From the IMG/VR virus record IMGVR_UViG_3300018065_000012: DNA of 35,431 nt, one strand, 5' to 3'. Origin of the DNA: a virus (taxonomy: Duplodnaviria > Heunggongvirae > Uroviricota > Caudoviricetes). Positions 1 to 8,848 of this stretch are shown here, in pieces. Numbering within the stretch: position 1 is the stretch's first letter; each line of letters opens with the position of its first letter. A program made the translations under genes and the position numbers. The notes under the pieces were generated by a model. The model had not been told where the DNA came from and did no database searches. It was given only the letters and a program-made list of their open reading frames with translations.

Positions 1-417
1 GATGAAGGTTCACAAGGCAATCAAGGATGGCAAGGTTGGCAAGCAAGCGGTGGCGAAGAAAGAGCGTTGTTCTGTTGTTCGTTCTTTACTTCAAAGCGGT
101 CATACATTGAGTATTCACAAACAACGTGGGGTGCTGCTGCGGAATTCTGGTTTGCCGGTACAGACGTTGTAACGCCAGACATGATTGTTCTTATTGGTTC
201 AAGAAACGCAACGTCAGGCACAGCAGAAGTGCGAGTGTACGATGTAACGAATAATAATGAGATAGCATACATATCATGGACAACGGATGTGATGACGATT
301 TACAAGGATGAAAGTTTAACGAATTTGCCAGCAAGCGAGGCAATCCTTGAAATCCAAGTCAAGAAAAGTGCTGGTGGTGCTTCCAAAGTAAGATTGCATT
401 CGTTCAGGATGGAATAA
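1..417 (+). CDS. 5'-truncated hypothetical protein. Its C-terminal domain is paralogous to the C-terminus of the next gene.
   Basis: The reading frame is open from window position 1 with no stop before 417. The C-terminal VRVYDVTNNNEIAY...AILEIQVKKS resembles VRLRDTTNNNTVSE...AVIELQMKVS of the 421..1086 product. Confidence 0.5.
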   Translation, partial: DEGSQGNQGWQGWQASGGEERALFCCSFFTSKRSYIEYSQTTWGAAAEFWFAGTDVVTPDMIVLIGSRNATSGTAEVRVYDVTNNNEIAYISWTTDVMTIYKDESLTNLPASEAILEIQVKKSAGGASKVRLHSFRME

Positions 418-420
418 TCA

Positions 421-1086
421 ATGGGAACGAAAAAAACATATAGAATCTATTGTGAAACGGAAGTAAAGCAAGTCGAAGGGCCGACTATCCTTGACACTCC
501 TCCGACGTTGTGTCCAAACAATCCAGCGCATACGGTTGATGCTGCAAGCAAAACTGTACTTGAAGAATGGTGTATTGATAATCTTGAAGCAACAACTAAC
601 CCGACTGTTAATGACGACATCAATGACGGTTATGGAGTTGGGTCGAGATGGATTAATACAAATACGAGTAGAGAATTTTCATGTACGAGTAATGCTTCGG
701 GCAGTGCAAAATGGGTAGCACAAATTCAGCGGGAAATTCATTTTCCATGTGGTTCTTTGAATACGGGATATTCTGTAGTTCAAAATAACACGACGTATAC
801 AATGATTCGTTCAATCATTTTTCTTGGAACGAATATGATTGGGACGCCAATTGGAGTACAATACTATGCAGCTCCAAGCGGTGGTGGTACGATGGATGTT
901 CGGTTAAGAGATACGACAAATAACAATACAGTTTCGGAAAAGACAGGTATCACTTCTTTGGGGCTTCATACGGATTTATCAACAAGCAACTGGCCTGCGG
1001 GTCAGGCAGTTATTGAATTGCAGATGAAAGTTAGCCAAGAAGGTGAGACTGCGTATATTTCTGACGCTATAATCGGTTTTGCGTAA
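421..1086 (+). CDS. Hypothetical protein of paralog family A; possible fibre or receptor-binding-like protein.
   Basis: The ATG is 4 nt after the upstream stop. The N-terminus KKTYRIYCETE matches NEYRLYCYTE of the next gene, and the C-terminus matches the preceding gene. Confidence 0.55.
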   Translation: MGTKKTYRIYCETEVKQVEGPTILDTPPTLCPNNPAHTVDAASKTVLEEWCIDNLEATTNPTVNDDINDGYGVGSRWINTNTSREFSCTSNASGSAKWVAQIQREIHFPCGSLNTGYSVVQNNTTYTMIRSIIFLGTNMIGTPIGVQYYAAPSGGGTMDVRLRDTTNNNTVSEKTGITSLGLHTDLSTSNWPAGQAVIELQMKVSQEGETAYISDAIIGFA

Positions 1087-1097
1087 GAGGAATTCCA

Positions 1098-1856
1098 ATG
1101 ACAAAAGTGAATGAATACAGGCTCTATTGTTATACAGAGGCTACAAATGTCCTTGGTTGGGGTACTATCGCCCCGACTGCTTGTTATCACAACACAGAGC
1201 ATTCGATTGACCTTGACTCTATTGTCATTGTGGATAGTGTTGATGATGAAATAGTGCAAGCAGACATTATCGAGGAAAACGTACAAACAGGCGAGAGGTA
1301 TCAAGCAGAACAGTTCAACATTACTGCGTTAACAGGCTCGGACTGGCAGAGTTTCAACTTCAGTAATCCAATTCCTGTAACAGTCAAAAAGGGAACCATC
1401 TACGTGCATGACAATTGTGTGGGTGATGAATTTGAGTGCTTGATGTCCCCTGATACAATCATTGGAGTTATTACAGCAGATGTAGCAGCGGAAGCAACGG
1501 AGATAAGCGTTTCAGAAACGGTCATCAACAACATTTTCGTTGGCGCTGAAGTAAAACTTTTTGACGGTGTGAATCAAGACAATCTTGAACGTTGTATTGC
1601 AATAGATACGGATACGAACAAAATCACAGTGGAAACAGCAACCACGCATTCATTCTCAGCGAGTAGTCCGACGTATGTTCAAATGACAGTTTGCTTTGTG
1701 CATGACGTTAAAATCATAAACAATGCCGTCATTGAGTTGGGGGAGAATGCTATTAAGGGATTCCATTGGCCTGCAAATGTCGTCTTGCAATTACGATACA
1801 AAAACAATAATGGCGAGACGAAGAACATCGGTGCGCTTTTGGAGTATTATTACTAA
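1098..1856 (+). CDS. Hypothetical protein of paralog family A.
   Basis: A GAGGAA RBS sits upstream. The N-terminus is shared with the 421..1086 product. The ORF is 252 aa with no internal stops. Confidence 0.55.
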   Translation: MTKVNEYRLYCYTEATNVLGWGTIAPTACYHNTEHSIDLDSIVIVDSVDDEIVQADIIEENVQTGERYQAEQFNITALTGSDWQSFNFSNPIPVTVKKGTIYVHDNCVGDEFECLMSPDTIIGVITADVAAEATEISVSETVINNIFVGAEVKLFDGVNQDNLERCIAIDTDTNKITVETATTHSFSASSPTYVQMTVCFVHDVKIINNAVIELGENAIKGFHWPANVVLQLRYKNNNGETKNIGALLEYYY

Positions 1857-1857
1857 C

Positions 1858-2274
1858 ATGGCTCAAGGAAAAAGAAAACTCACAGCTTATATTTTTCTGG
1901 CGTTTGTATTTGGTCTTATCGCTTGGGATGTTTTTGTGGCAGTAAATGATGTTCCCGGCGATACGATAAGTGAAATAGTCCTATCTTGGACAGGACGTTT
2001 TTGTGTCGTTCCCTTTGCGGCTGGCGTTTTAATGGGACATATCTTCTGGACATTGAAAAAGAAACCTTCGAGATGGTTCACAATACCGATTCTCCTTGCT
2101 GTTACTGCTCTCTTGCTCGTGTGGGATATTGTAACGGTGTTGAAGATAAGCGAAAGTTTGTGCAAGGTTTGGCTGGCGAATCATCCCGTTGTCCCTTTGT
2201 TAGCGGGAACGGTTTGCGGTCATTTTCTTTGGGGCCAACCACAAATGATAGAGGAAAGTAAAGATGGCAACTGA
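1858..2274 (+). CDS. Small integral membrane protein with about four predicted TM helices.
   Basis: The ATG at 1858 is 2 nt after the previous stop. There are four hydrophobic stretches (LTAYIFLAFVFGLIAW, VVPFAAGVLMGHIFW, IPILLAVTALLLVW, VVPLLAGTVCGHFLW). The ORF-track N-terminal extension overlaps the upstream gene. Confidence 0.5.
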   Translation: MAQGKRKLTAYIFLAFVFGLIAWDVFVAVNDVPGDTISEIVLSWTGRFCVVPFAAGVLMGHIFWTLKKKPSRWFTIPILLAVTALLLVWDIVTVLKISESLCKVWLANHPVVPLLAGTVCGHFLWGQPQMIEESKDGN

Positions 2275-2458
2275 ATTTGTCCCCACCGTACAAGCAGACA
2301 TTGACATGATTACAAAGTTTGAAGGCAACACGATTCCAGTGTCAATCAAACTTCCTTCTGGAGCAGTTGTACCCACTCCTGATGCGGGTTGTGTATGGAG
2401 AGCAAAAGGCGGGAAGCTGATTTCAGAAAAAGGCTCAGTACAAAATGTAATGCGTTAA
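2264..2458 (+). CDS. Small hypothetical protein (64 aa).
   Basis: An AGGAAAG RBS precedes it, and its start overlaps the end of the previous gene. Confidence 0.35.
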   Translation: MATEFVPTVQADIDMITKFEGNTIPVSIKLPSGAVVPTPDAGCVWRAKGGKLISEKGSVQNVMR

Positions 2459-2487
2459 AATTTTTCTGTTATTTTTCGCTGCCAAGG

Positions 2488-2496
2488 TTGTATAAT
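2488..2496 (+). promoter_or_regulatory. Extended -10 promoter TTGTATAAT upstream of the glycosyltransferase operon.
   Basis: TGnTATAAT consensus in an intergenic gap 29 nt before a GGAGAA RBS. The same 9-mer is also at 7467, 9663 and 19456. Confidence 0.45.
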
Positions 2497-2524
2497 AAAG
2501 CACAACCTTTGGAGAATATGAACC

Positions 2525-5500
2525 ATGCCTATCGCTGGAATCAAAGTCTTCTTTGTCGGCAAATCGTGGAACCTATCTTACGACATCAAGACCTCTAAGC
2601 ATATCGCAAATTTGATGTCTGATATTGCACAGTTCAAGCCTGATGTCATTGTCACATCCGAGTTTACTCCCGGTGCCTTAAATGTTGCTGATTTTGAAAT
2701 ACGGAAGCGGTGGATTGAAGTTCCTCCCAATTCAGATAATGCTTCTGTTGGAAGAGCAATCGAATCCTGCTATGCGTCGAACATTTGGGGAGAGCATAAA
2801 TTTAGCAAGCAGAATCCACTTGTTACGGTCTACACGGGAACATATAACACAGGTGACTTCCTACGGGACACTTTTCAATCATTACGGGAACAATCCTATA
2901 CGAATTGGGAATGGTCTGTTGTTGATGATGAAAGCACAGATGGCACTTGGGAACGGCTTATTGAAATAGCCAAAGAAGACCATCGAGTACATCCAGTAAG
3001 AATCAAGCATAGTGGCAAGATTGGAGCGGTGAAAGACGTTGCGACTCGTCTTGCAAATGGCGTCTATCTGATTGAACTTGACCATGATGATATGCTGACT
3101 GACAATTGTATTCAGGAAGTCAGGAAGGCATTTGAAGAAAACCCCGATGTTGGTTTTGTTTATTCCAATTGTGCGTCGTTCTTTCAGGATGGTTCGCCGC
3201 ATCAGTTCACAGATAATTTTTGGAAGCCGAGATACAGGGAAACAGAATACCGTGGAAAGAAGTATTTGGAGTGTAGGAATCCTGACATCTATGACCGCTT
3301 TGGAGAAAACTATCAACAGCAATTTGGCTGGTTCTTAACCGTGGGGCCGAACCATGTGAGGTCTTATCGAGCAAGTGTTTTGAAGGAGTTGGGCGGCTAC
3401 AATCAACACTTACCTGTAGCGGATGATTGGGATGTATATGCGAGATTCTTTTTGAATTCCAAATGCCTTCATCTTGACAAGATGCTTTATCTGTATCGCT
3501 TTTTGGATAGTTGGTCAAATACGACATTCACTCGCAACAAGTCGATTCAAGACCATTTGGCTTTGGGGCATCATAACTATCGGAAAGCGTTTATCGACTT
3601 CAACAACAAACGTTTACAATCTGAGGAACAGTCTGGTAATGAAACAGATTTCGTTACCAAAAAACGAGGTGTTTCCGCTGTGATTCTTGACTGGAATACA
3701 ATGGGAGAAACGTTGCTTTGTGTTGAATCCCTGAAAGCTTGCTATCCCGATGTTGAAGTTGTACTGGTTCAGAATGGCAAGCACTTTGATTGTCCGAAAG
3801 CTGACAAGGTGATTCAACTCGAAATGAATGTTGGTTTCTCGGCTGGTGTGAATCGTGGTGTAATGGAAACGAGTGGAGAATTGTTACTGCTTTTGAATAA
3901 TGATACTGTGGTTGAGAAAGGCTTGCTTGAGAAGCTTGAGAAAGAACTGGATAATCCTGATGTTGGTGTAGTTGGCCCTTACTCGAACGAAGCGAAGTAT
4001 CCACAAGGAAATTACGAATCTCATGCTGTTCCAAGTTTAACACAAGATTTGGATACGCTTTCTGGTTTCTGCATGTTAATGAGGAAAGACTTGTTTGAGT
4101 GTGTTGGTGGATTTGACCCACGCTTGACGACGTTTGAAGATGACGATTTTTGCCTTAAGGTGCGGCAACAGTTTAGGTTGAAATGCCGTGTGGTTGGTGG
4201 TACTTGGCTACATCATAGTGGGCATAGTTCATTTAAGACGAATGACCTTGACGTATTTGAAGTGATGAAAGAGAACAAGCAGAAGTACCGTGAAAAACGT
4301 CCTCATGTTCGAGTAATTGCTTTGACATATAATGAGAAGAGAGCGTTACCGGAATTCATTAACCAGTTGAGCAGCATTACAAATGACTTCTGCTTTCTTG
4401 ACAACGGCTCTACGGATGGAACAGTTGAATGGCTGAAGGAAAACGGAAGGAAAGTAGTAGTTCGAGAAGACGCAATTGAATCATATAGTCAACGACGAAA
4501 TATGGCGCTTGATATATTCCGTGACGATGCTGCTGAATGGATTGTGATGATTGACCCCGACGAACGTTTGGACAGCAACACAATCAATCATTTTGAGGAA
4601 TTGCTTCAGGCTCCGTATGACATCTATCTCTCTCCGTTGTGGTCAAAGAATTACGACAATACCCAAACAGAATGGGTAGCAAAGCCGTTCCTGTTCCGAA
4701 ACAAACCTGAGATACGTTGGGTGTTTCCTGTCCACGAGAAGCTGATTGGTTCTCATTCTCAGGCGTTAGTAGTCAACGCTCGGAATACGCACGTCTTGGA
4801 ATTACATTCGAAAGAGCGGCGTCAAGAGAATGCGAAAAAGTATGGCGACAAAGACGCACCATTGAATCATCCAGACGCACATGGTTTTCCCATTCTGAAT
4901 TACGAACATAGGGATGATGACAGAATCAAGAAGGTGTATTTGGGGCCACTCGTTTCGGTTGTAGTTCCGACGTATGACAGGAAGGAACTGCTTGCCAAGG
5001 CATTAGCATCTATTGAAAAACAGGATTATTTGGCAATTGATCCGGTAGTAGTTGGTGATAATTGTCCAACGCTTGAACCTTCTGAACGCCAATATAATTT
5101 GCCGATAAATCATGGCGCTGGCGGGGCTGTTCCAAGGAATTACGCAATCATGTTGGCGGCTGGTGATTGGATAGCTTACTTGGATGACGATAATGAATGG
5201 GAACCATACCATTTGTCGAGTCTGATGAGAATAGTTCAAGAAGCCAATGTTGGTTTTGCATTCTCGTCGATGTCGGTGAATGGTAAAGCGATGATTTTTG
5301 CAGAGCCGAAGTTTGGGAGGATTGATACATCATGTGTAGTACATCGAAAAAGCCTGATACGGGATTTCGGTTGGTGGAATGATAGAATCAAAGCTGGTTA
5401 CGCACATGATTGGGAATTTTTCAGTCGATGGGTTGTTGGTAAAGTTCCTTGGGCAGCGACAATGTTTCCTACAGTGATTTACAATGCAGAGACTTCAGGA

Positions 5501-5533
5501 CAAAAGGAATTTCTTGAGAGAATGACGCAATGA
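2525..5533 (+). CDS. Multidomain glycosyltransferase with four tandem GT2 (GT-A fold) domains.
   Basis: There are four repeats of the GT2 N-terminal signature with DxD-type motifs: VTVYTGTYNTGDFL...VVDDESTDGT...ELDHDD; VSAVILDWNT...LLNNDTVV; VRVIALTYNEKRAL...LDNGSTDGT...IDPDE; VSVVVPTYDRKELL...YLDDDNEW. Confidence 0.85.
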   Translation: MPIAGIKVFFVGKSWNLSYDIKTSKHIANLMSDIAQFKPDVIVTSEFTPGALNVADFEIRKRWIEVPPNSDNASVGRAIESCYASNIWGEHKFSKQNPLVTVYTGTYNTGDFLRDTFQSLREQSYTNWEWSVVDDESTDGTWERLIEIAKEDHRVHPVRIKHSGKIGAVKDVATRLANGVYLIELDHDDMLTDNCIQEVRKAFEENPDVGFVYSNCASFFQDGSPHQFTDNFWKPRYRETEYRGKKYLECRNPDIYDRFGENYQQQFGWFLTVGPNHVRSYRASVLKELGGYNQHLPVADDWDVYARFFLNSKCLHLDKMLYLYRFLDSWSNTTFTRNKSIQDHLALGHHNYRKAFIDFNNKRLQSEEQSGNETDFVTKKRGVSAVILDWNTMGETLLCVESLKACYPDVEVVLVQNGKHFDCPKADKVIQLEMNVGFSAGVNRGVMETSGELLLLLNNDTVVEKGLLEKLEKELDNPDVGVVGPYSNEAKYPQGNYESHAVPSLTQDLDTLSGFCMLMRKDLFECVGGFDPRLTTFEDDDFCLKVRQQFRLKCRVVGGTWLHHSGHSSFKTNDLDVFEVMKENKQKYREKRPHVRVIALTYNEKRALPEFINQLSSITNDFCFLDNGSTDGTVEWLKENGRKVVVREDAIESYSQRRNMALDIFRDDAAEWIVMIDPDERLDSNTINHFEELLQAPYDIYLSPLWSKNYDNTQTEWVAKPFLFRNKPEIRWVFPVHEKLIGSHSQALVVNARNTHVLELHSKERRQENAKKYGDKDAPLNHPDAHGFPILNYEHRDDDRIKKVYLGPLVSVVVPTYDRKELLAKALASIEKQDYLAIDPVVVGDNCPTLEPSERQYNLPINHGAGGAVPRNYAIMLAAGDWIAYLDDDNEWEPYHLSSLMRIVQEANVGFAFSSMSVNGKAMIFAEPKFGRIDTSCVVHRKSLIRDFGWWNDRIKAGYAHDWEFFSRWVVGKVPWAATMFPTVIYNAETSGQKEFLERMTQ

Positions 5534-6525
5534 GTAATGACTACGACGAATTCAACAGTTGGAAAGCACTTCTCTATGCTGATAAGTGTCGGGCGATTTT
5601 GGATGGTAATTTTCTTCCTCCCGTTATGATCCATGTTTATCCGACAAACAAGTGTAATGGCAGATGCAATTTTTGCATAATGAAAACAGAACAAGAATAC
5701 AAAACAGAGTTGGAGAAGTCTGTTTTTGAAAGGCTCGTCCAATCCGCAAATGATATGGGCGTAAAAGGTTTGCAAATAACGGGTGGCGGAGAACCACTTT
5801 TGTATTCGCACCTTCATCATATTCAAAAATTCAACGGGTTCAAATTGTTAGCAACCAATGGCAGTTTTCTTACGCCTGAGATCGCTTCGATGTTTGATAG
5901 GATACGTGTGAGTTTGAATGCGGGAAATGCGAAAACACATTCAGCAGTTATGGGGCTAAATAATTTCAGTGAAGTTATTGTCAACATGAGGCGTGTTAAA
6001 AAGCATTGTCCAAACGTTACGATGGGCATTGGGTTTGTTTTGAGTTTTGATAATTGGCATGAGGTTTTCGATGTTTGTGAAATTGCTGACAGTGTTGGCG
6101 CTGACTTTGTTCATATCAGACCGGCCTTTTTTGCGGATAAAAAGAGAGACAAAAAGGTAAGAGAAATAGTTGAGGCGGCTTATCACCTTTGCGAAGCGGC
6201 AAAGAAGCGGAACATCGTCAAGGTGTTCGCTATCTCAGAGAAGTTTGATGGCTATTGGACAGAACGCAAATACAAGAAGTGTTTGGCTTCCCCTTTGAAT
6301 GCGGTTGTAACGGCTACAGGAGAATTGGTGCCGTGCCTTGATGTTTTTATTCGATTTGGAGATTTGAATAAGAATACGTTTGAGGAAATTTGGGGAAGCG
6401 AAGAACACAAAAAAGCAATTGCAAAGATTGAGATTGAGAAATGCCCTCGTTGTGTGATGACTAAACCAAACGAAATTATAGAAAACGTTTTCATCAAGAA
6501 CAAAATCTTGGCGGAGCTGCTATGA
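5530..6525 (+). CDS. Radical SAM enzyme with a C-terminal Cys-rich (SPASM/twitch-like) region.
   Basis: CNGRCNFC (CxxxCxxC) lies near the N-terminus after YPTNKCN. A glycine-rich GGGEPLL SAM-binding motif is present. C-terminal cysteines include CLDV...EKCPRCVM. There is ATGA start-stop overlap with the GT gene. Confidence 0.8.
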   Translation: MSNDYDEFNSWKALLYADKCRAILDGNFLPPVMIHVYPTNKCNGRCNFCIMKTEQEYKTELEKSVFERLVQSANDMGVKGLQITGGGEPLLYSHLHHIQKFNGFKLLATNGSFLTPEIASMFDRIRVSLNAGNAKTHSAVMGLNNFSEVIVNMRRVKKHCPNVTMGIGFVLSFDNWHEVFDVCEIADSVGADFVHIRPAFFADKKRDKKVREIVEAAYHLCEAAKKRNIVKVFAISEKFDGYWTERKYKKCLASPLNAVVTATGELVPCLDVFIRFGDLNKNTFEEIWGSEEHKKAIAKIEIEKCPRCVMTKPNEIIENVFIKNKILAELL

Positions 6526-7415
6526 AAATTGGAGTGATGTTTTCAGGAGTTACAGGAAACAACGGTGCTGATTACGTTGCTGAATTTCTTGGCAATGCTG
6601 TGTTGCTTGAAGGGCATGAACTGACTTATATCGGTTCAATGGGTGGCGAACAAACGCAAGACGTTCCTTCTGGGCTGGATGTCGTGATCAATTCTTCCGG
6701 ATTTGGTTTGACTCCTGCGCTTGTTGAACGGTTTAAGAAACGATGCAAATTCTTTCTTTGGACGTTCAATGATGAAATTCATTTCTGGCAAAGTCGGATA
6801 GGTTCAATCACAGAATTGGTTGATAAGCATTTCTGTTATACAAAAACGCATTCCTATGGTCATCACGTTGAATATCTCCCGCTTGCAGCAGATCATTCAA
6901 TTTATTTTCCGATTGAAGGCTGTAAGAAACGTTATGACATTTCCATGATTGGGGCAGCACATCCTTGGAGAACTCAATTTGCTCAAGAGATTAGTCGTTT
7001 CTTTCCAAACTGTAAATTCAGTTTCAATATGAGTATGACTGACCGGCAAATAAATCTGCTTTACAATATGACGCGTGTAGTGATTGCGCCGATGCAAGAT
7101 GGCGATCAATACAACGAACAAGTAGTATTTGGATGTCCTTGTCGCACGTTTGATGTTCCTGCTGCAAGAGCGTTTCAATTACAAGCATACCGATCTGGTT
7201 TGCATGATGTTCACGACAGCGAAGAAATCATTGTGGGGACAACATTAAAGAGCACAAAGGATATTTTTGAAGTCATTTCAGAATGGATTGACAAAATTCG
7301 ATATTACTTAGATGAAGAAAAAACGCGGAAGAACTTGGCCGAAAGGATGTATGGCGAGATTACGCATAAACACCTCTATACCCATAGATTAAGTAGTATT
7401 TTGGAATTTGTGTGA
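6522..7415 (+). CDS. Putative GT-B-fold glycosyltransferase (CgeB-like or glycosyl transferase group 1-like).
   Basis: ATGA overlap with the rSAM gene. The C-terminal half resembles GT1/CgeB family (ISMIGAAHPWR...NLLYNMTRVVIAPMQ). No definitive motif is present. Confidence 0.45.
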   Translation: MKIGVMFSGVTGNNGADYVAEFLGNAVLLEGHELTYIGSMGGEQTQDVPSGLDVVINSSGFGLTPALVERFKKRCKFFLWTFNDEIHFWQSRIGSITELVDKHFCYTKTHSYGHHVEYLPLAADHSIYFPIEGCKKRYDISMIGAAHPWRTQFAQEISRFFPNCKFSFNMSMTDRQINLLYNMTRVVIAPMQDGDQYNEQVVFGCPCRTFDVPAARAFQLQAYRSGLHDVHDSEEIIVGTTLKSTKDIFEVISEWIDKIRYYLDEEKTRKNLAERMYGEITHKHLYTHRLSSILEFV

Positions 7416-7466
7416 GAATCATATTTTGATTTTTTTGAAATATTTTTGGAATTTTCCGTTCGCGAG

Positions 7467-7475
7467 TTGTATAAT
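7467..7475 (+). promoter_or_regulatory. Extended -10 promoter TTGTATAAT driving the tmRNA precursor.
   Basis: It is 20 nt upstream of the mature tmRNA 5' end GGGGGCG, consistent with a short 5' leader removed by RNase P. Confidence 0.5.
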
Positions 7476-7494
7476 ATATCGTTCTTTGGAAAAT

Positions 7495-7849
7495 GGGGGC
7501 GTCATGGTATCGACTGGCGCTGATTGTAGCACGGTTGCGTGCCGAGGTCGCCGGTTGGCCTCGTTAAAAAACCGGCAACGCCATTCACTTGGCAACAGCT
7601 ACAAAATGGCGGCGTGAGTCGCTCGTCAACTTGATCGACGCCGATGGGTCAATGTTTGACGTAAATGCTTTCGGTTGACAGCTGGCAAAGACCGCTGACG
7701 ACTCGCGGAAAGACGTGGGCCGCGTAAAGGGGTGGAATTGCCTTTTGAGGCTTGTCCAGTGGGCCAAGAATAAAAACCACGGAATACGCACGTAGAAGCC
7801 TGTTACAAAAGTGAACAGGACGCGGGTTCGATTCCCGCCGCCTCCACTA
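7495..7849 (+). ncRNA. ssrA: tmRNA (SsrA) with a tRNA-Ala-like domain and an internal tag reading frame.
   Basis: The 5' GGGGGCG pairs with the 3' CGCCUCC, giving a G3.U70 wobble, followed by discriminator A. The T-arm is GCGGG-UUCGAUU-CCCGC. The D-analogue GGUAUCGAC and the PK1 region GCGUGCCGAGG...GGUUGGCCUCGUUAAAAA align closely to E. coli SsrA. The tag ORF at 7591..7617 is GGC AAC AGC TAC AAA ATG GCG GCG TGA, giving (A)GNSYKMAA. Confidence 0.88.
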
Positions 7850-7886
7850 TTAAAAAGTTTCGGGGCAAGCTCAGTGCTTGTCCAAA

Positions 7887-7929
7887 GGAAGGGGAGCTTT
7901 CGGCCCCAAACTCCCCTTCCGGTTCTTTG
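7887..7929 (+). terminator. Rho-independent terminator downstream of the tmRNA.
   Basis: A perfect 10-bp inverted repeat GGAAGGGGAG...CTCCCCTTCC with a 14-nt loop, followed by GGTTCTTTG. Confidence 0.6.
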
Positions 7930-8199
7930 ACAAAAATTTCATGCACGCTTCAAGGCAGGGATACTTCAATAGCGATATATAAATTGGAGTGGAGAAATCC
8001 TGACAGCACCGGAAAGACGGGCAAAGGTGGTGACTTCCTTAAAGTCAATGGCAACCGTGAAAAGAGGCGGTGACAGGCGTGGATAGACACGCACGGTAGC
8101 TTACATAATAAAATGTAAATGCCGTAAAACAGACAAAATTTCCTTGCTTGACTTTTGGTGCATAAATTTTTGTCTTACGTCTATTGGGAGGACGGCAAT

Positions 8200-8406
8200 A
8201 TGTACAAGATTGAACTATTGCGATCCAAGAGCAAAAGAAAGAATGAAAATTTCTATTGGCGCTTGATTTCAAGAGCGAATGGAAATATTCTTTCGACTGC
8301 GGAACCTTATGCGCGTCGTCCTTGGACAGTGATCAAGAATCTTGCCGGTGCCTTCAAAAGAGGCAAATGCATTATTGTTGACCTGTCCCAAAAGAAGAAG
8401 AAATAA
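8200..8406 (+). CDS. DUF1508 / YegP-like small protein.
   Basis: A GGGAGG RBS precedes the ATG. The sequence FYWRLISRANGNILSTAEPYARRPWTVIKNLAGAF matches the YegP/DUF1508 repeat pattern (FRLKA.NGEII..SEGY). Confidence 0.6.
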   Translation: MYKIELLRSKSKRKNENFYWRLISRANGNILSTAEPYARRPWTVIKNLAGAFKRGKCIIVDLSQKKKK

Positions 8407-8783
8407 GGTTTCCCTTGTTGGCCGAGGGCCGATGGTTCCTCATCGTCCTCTCCTCACTCTACGGGTGGAGCTGTTTGCATTTGGTTGGCAAGGGAAAAGT
8501 TTTCTAACCGGCATTATCAGTATCATGGCGCTGCCGGTTATATTTGTTCTTTGAAAAAATTCCAACACGCTTCAGTTGAGAGATACTTCTACTATCGGTT
8601 CTAAGGTAGCTTAGGTCAAACCCTGTTTCGGCAGGGAGACACAGTGAGGACAAAACTGGTAACAGTGAGTCCGCGTCAAAGGCAAAGCTTATGAAACTCA
8701 TACGCGTCGTGGCGGTGGGTGAGGCTTGTACTGGCAACCACACACGAAAATACTTTCAACGTTTTTTGGTGTTGGTGCTTTTT

Positions 8784-8848
8784 CCGGGTGTGCTTTGGGT
8801 ATCCCAAACTTGATCTCCGCGAACAAGTGCCTACGCACCCGGTTTTTT
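8784..8848 (+). terminator. Stem-loop plus U-tract (CCGGGTGTG...CGCACCCGG TTTTTT), possibly the 3' end of an ncRNA or an attenuator.
   Basis: A 9-bp stem with one G.U pair and a ~41-nt loop, followed by six T residues, lying immediately before the RBS of the 8866 gene. Confidence 0.4.

Noticed and set aside
1723-1857. An N-terminal extension of the membrane-protein ORF (the ORF track starts it at 1723).
   Set aside because: The extension overlaps the 3' end of the 1098..1856 gene in another frame. The ATG at 1858, directly after that gene's stop, begins the hydrophobic protein.
4320-4335. TTGACATATAAT inside the glycosyltransferase gene, as a possible promoter.
   Set aside because: The -35 and -10 hexamers are directly abutted with no spacer, it is intragenic, and it lacks the TTGTATAAT context seen at genuine intergenic promoters.
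7408-7617. A 69-aa + strand ORF spanning the promoter and the 5' half of the tmRNA.
   Set aside because: It overlaps a confidently identified tmRNA. Its C-terminal residues (GNSYKMAA) are simply the tmRNA tag reading frame.
7495-7929. The idea that the tmRNA marks a host ssrA with an integrated element (att site).
   Set aside because: There is no integrase, no duplicated 3' ssrA fragment and no change in strand, GC or gene style across the locus. The tmRNA uses the same promoter motif as neighbouring phage genes.
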